From Takakia lepidozioides (taxonomy: Eukaryota; Plantae; Bryophyta), in assembly GCA_030704615.1 (NCBI GenBank), contig CM060734.1, forward strand, positions 6,634,001 through 6,698,000: DNA of 64,000 nucleotides, written 5' to 3'. The position numbers were made by a program, and so were the translations under genes. The first letter of the stretch is position 1, and the number at the start of each line of letters is the position of its first letter. The notes below the pieces were generated by a model. It made no database searches. It saw only the letters and a program-made list of their open reading frames with translations, and was not told the origin of the DNA. Shown piece by piece: positions 63,461 to 64,000 of this stretch.

Positions 63461-64000
63461 CAAGCACTGCCAAAGGTGATCGGTCATCGTGTCTCACACG
63501 CTGAGACTGCCTCCCTATGTCCAAAATGTTATCCACCGTTAGGTTTGGTGGCCGCTGCACCCCATCAAATGCACGCTTGAGCAATGCAGGTGGCATCAAG
63601 TTGGTCCACCATAGTCGTGGGCGATGAGCCCGTGACCCCACTGCAGCTGCATCCAGCAACACTGCTGACCCAAGCCAAGACCGCACTTGATGTACACTGG
63701 CCATCACCTTGGCCCGAGAATCACCCATCAATGGCACATTCTCCAAGATACATGCCGGAGAGTCTGTCTGTTGAAGCTGTAAATAGCGCAGGACCCTCAA
63801 CATCTCCCAAAACAGGCGTGACCTTGAGTCTTGTAACCCATTGCCATACCCAGTTGATGAAAGCCCTTGGCAGGGCCAACCTGCCACTACTAAGTGAATA
63901 GGGCCAACCCGCTCCAATACATGCGCCCCCAGCAAGGAGATGTCTGCTAGCAAGGCTTGTTGGTATCCATGAACTGCAGACACTGGCAACAAATCAGGGT
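63461..64000 (-). pseudogene. C5-cytosine DNA methyltransferase fragment (motifs IV-VIII), 3' truncated, continuing beyond the window
   Basis: LVVAGWPCQGLS (IV, catalytic PC), DSRSRLFW (V), ILENVP (VI), LLDAAAVG (VII), AHRPRLWWTN (VIII). Confidence 0.88.

Overview
Eukaryotic, almost entirely transposon-derived DNA, probably from a land plant (inferred from GT-AG introns, plant-type Ty3/gypsy elements with tRNA primer sites and an IBH1-like bHLH fragment). The centrepiece is a family of large (~13-15 kb) Mutator-like (MULE) DNA transposons. Element A spans 7722-41825 with an 8-bp target-site duplication (TAGCAAGC) and short asymmetric termini. A diverged sister element B (~10764-25738) is nested in an intron of A. 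Two orphan left ends of the same family lie at ~41905-42291 and 57935-58622. Both A and B carry a GCM-like/DDE/SWIM transposase and, divergently from it, an intron-containing cargo gene joining a ParB/Srx-like domain to a beta-class N4C/N6A DNA-methyltransferase-like domain with an atypical DIPD motif. Each element is studded with its own variant of a long palindrome (B: GGAAATGCGGCGCCGCATTTCC, arrayed at ~53-bp spacing and also present singly in three introns; A: GGAAATTCGGCGCCGAATTTCC). I propose this is a TE-encoded protein plus cognate-site system; that role is inference. B also carries a divergent pair of paralogous unknown ORFs. The rest of the window holds three copies plus a solo LTR of one chromovirus family, a truncated Tat-like gypsy element, other LTR remnants, a frameshifted IBH1-like bHLH fragment, and a gag pseudogene joined to an antisense C5-cytosine methyltransferase fragment. 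All domain calls are motif recognition by eye; no searches were run.
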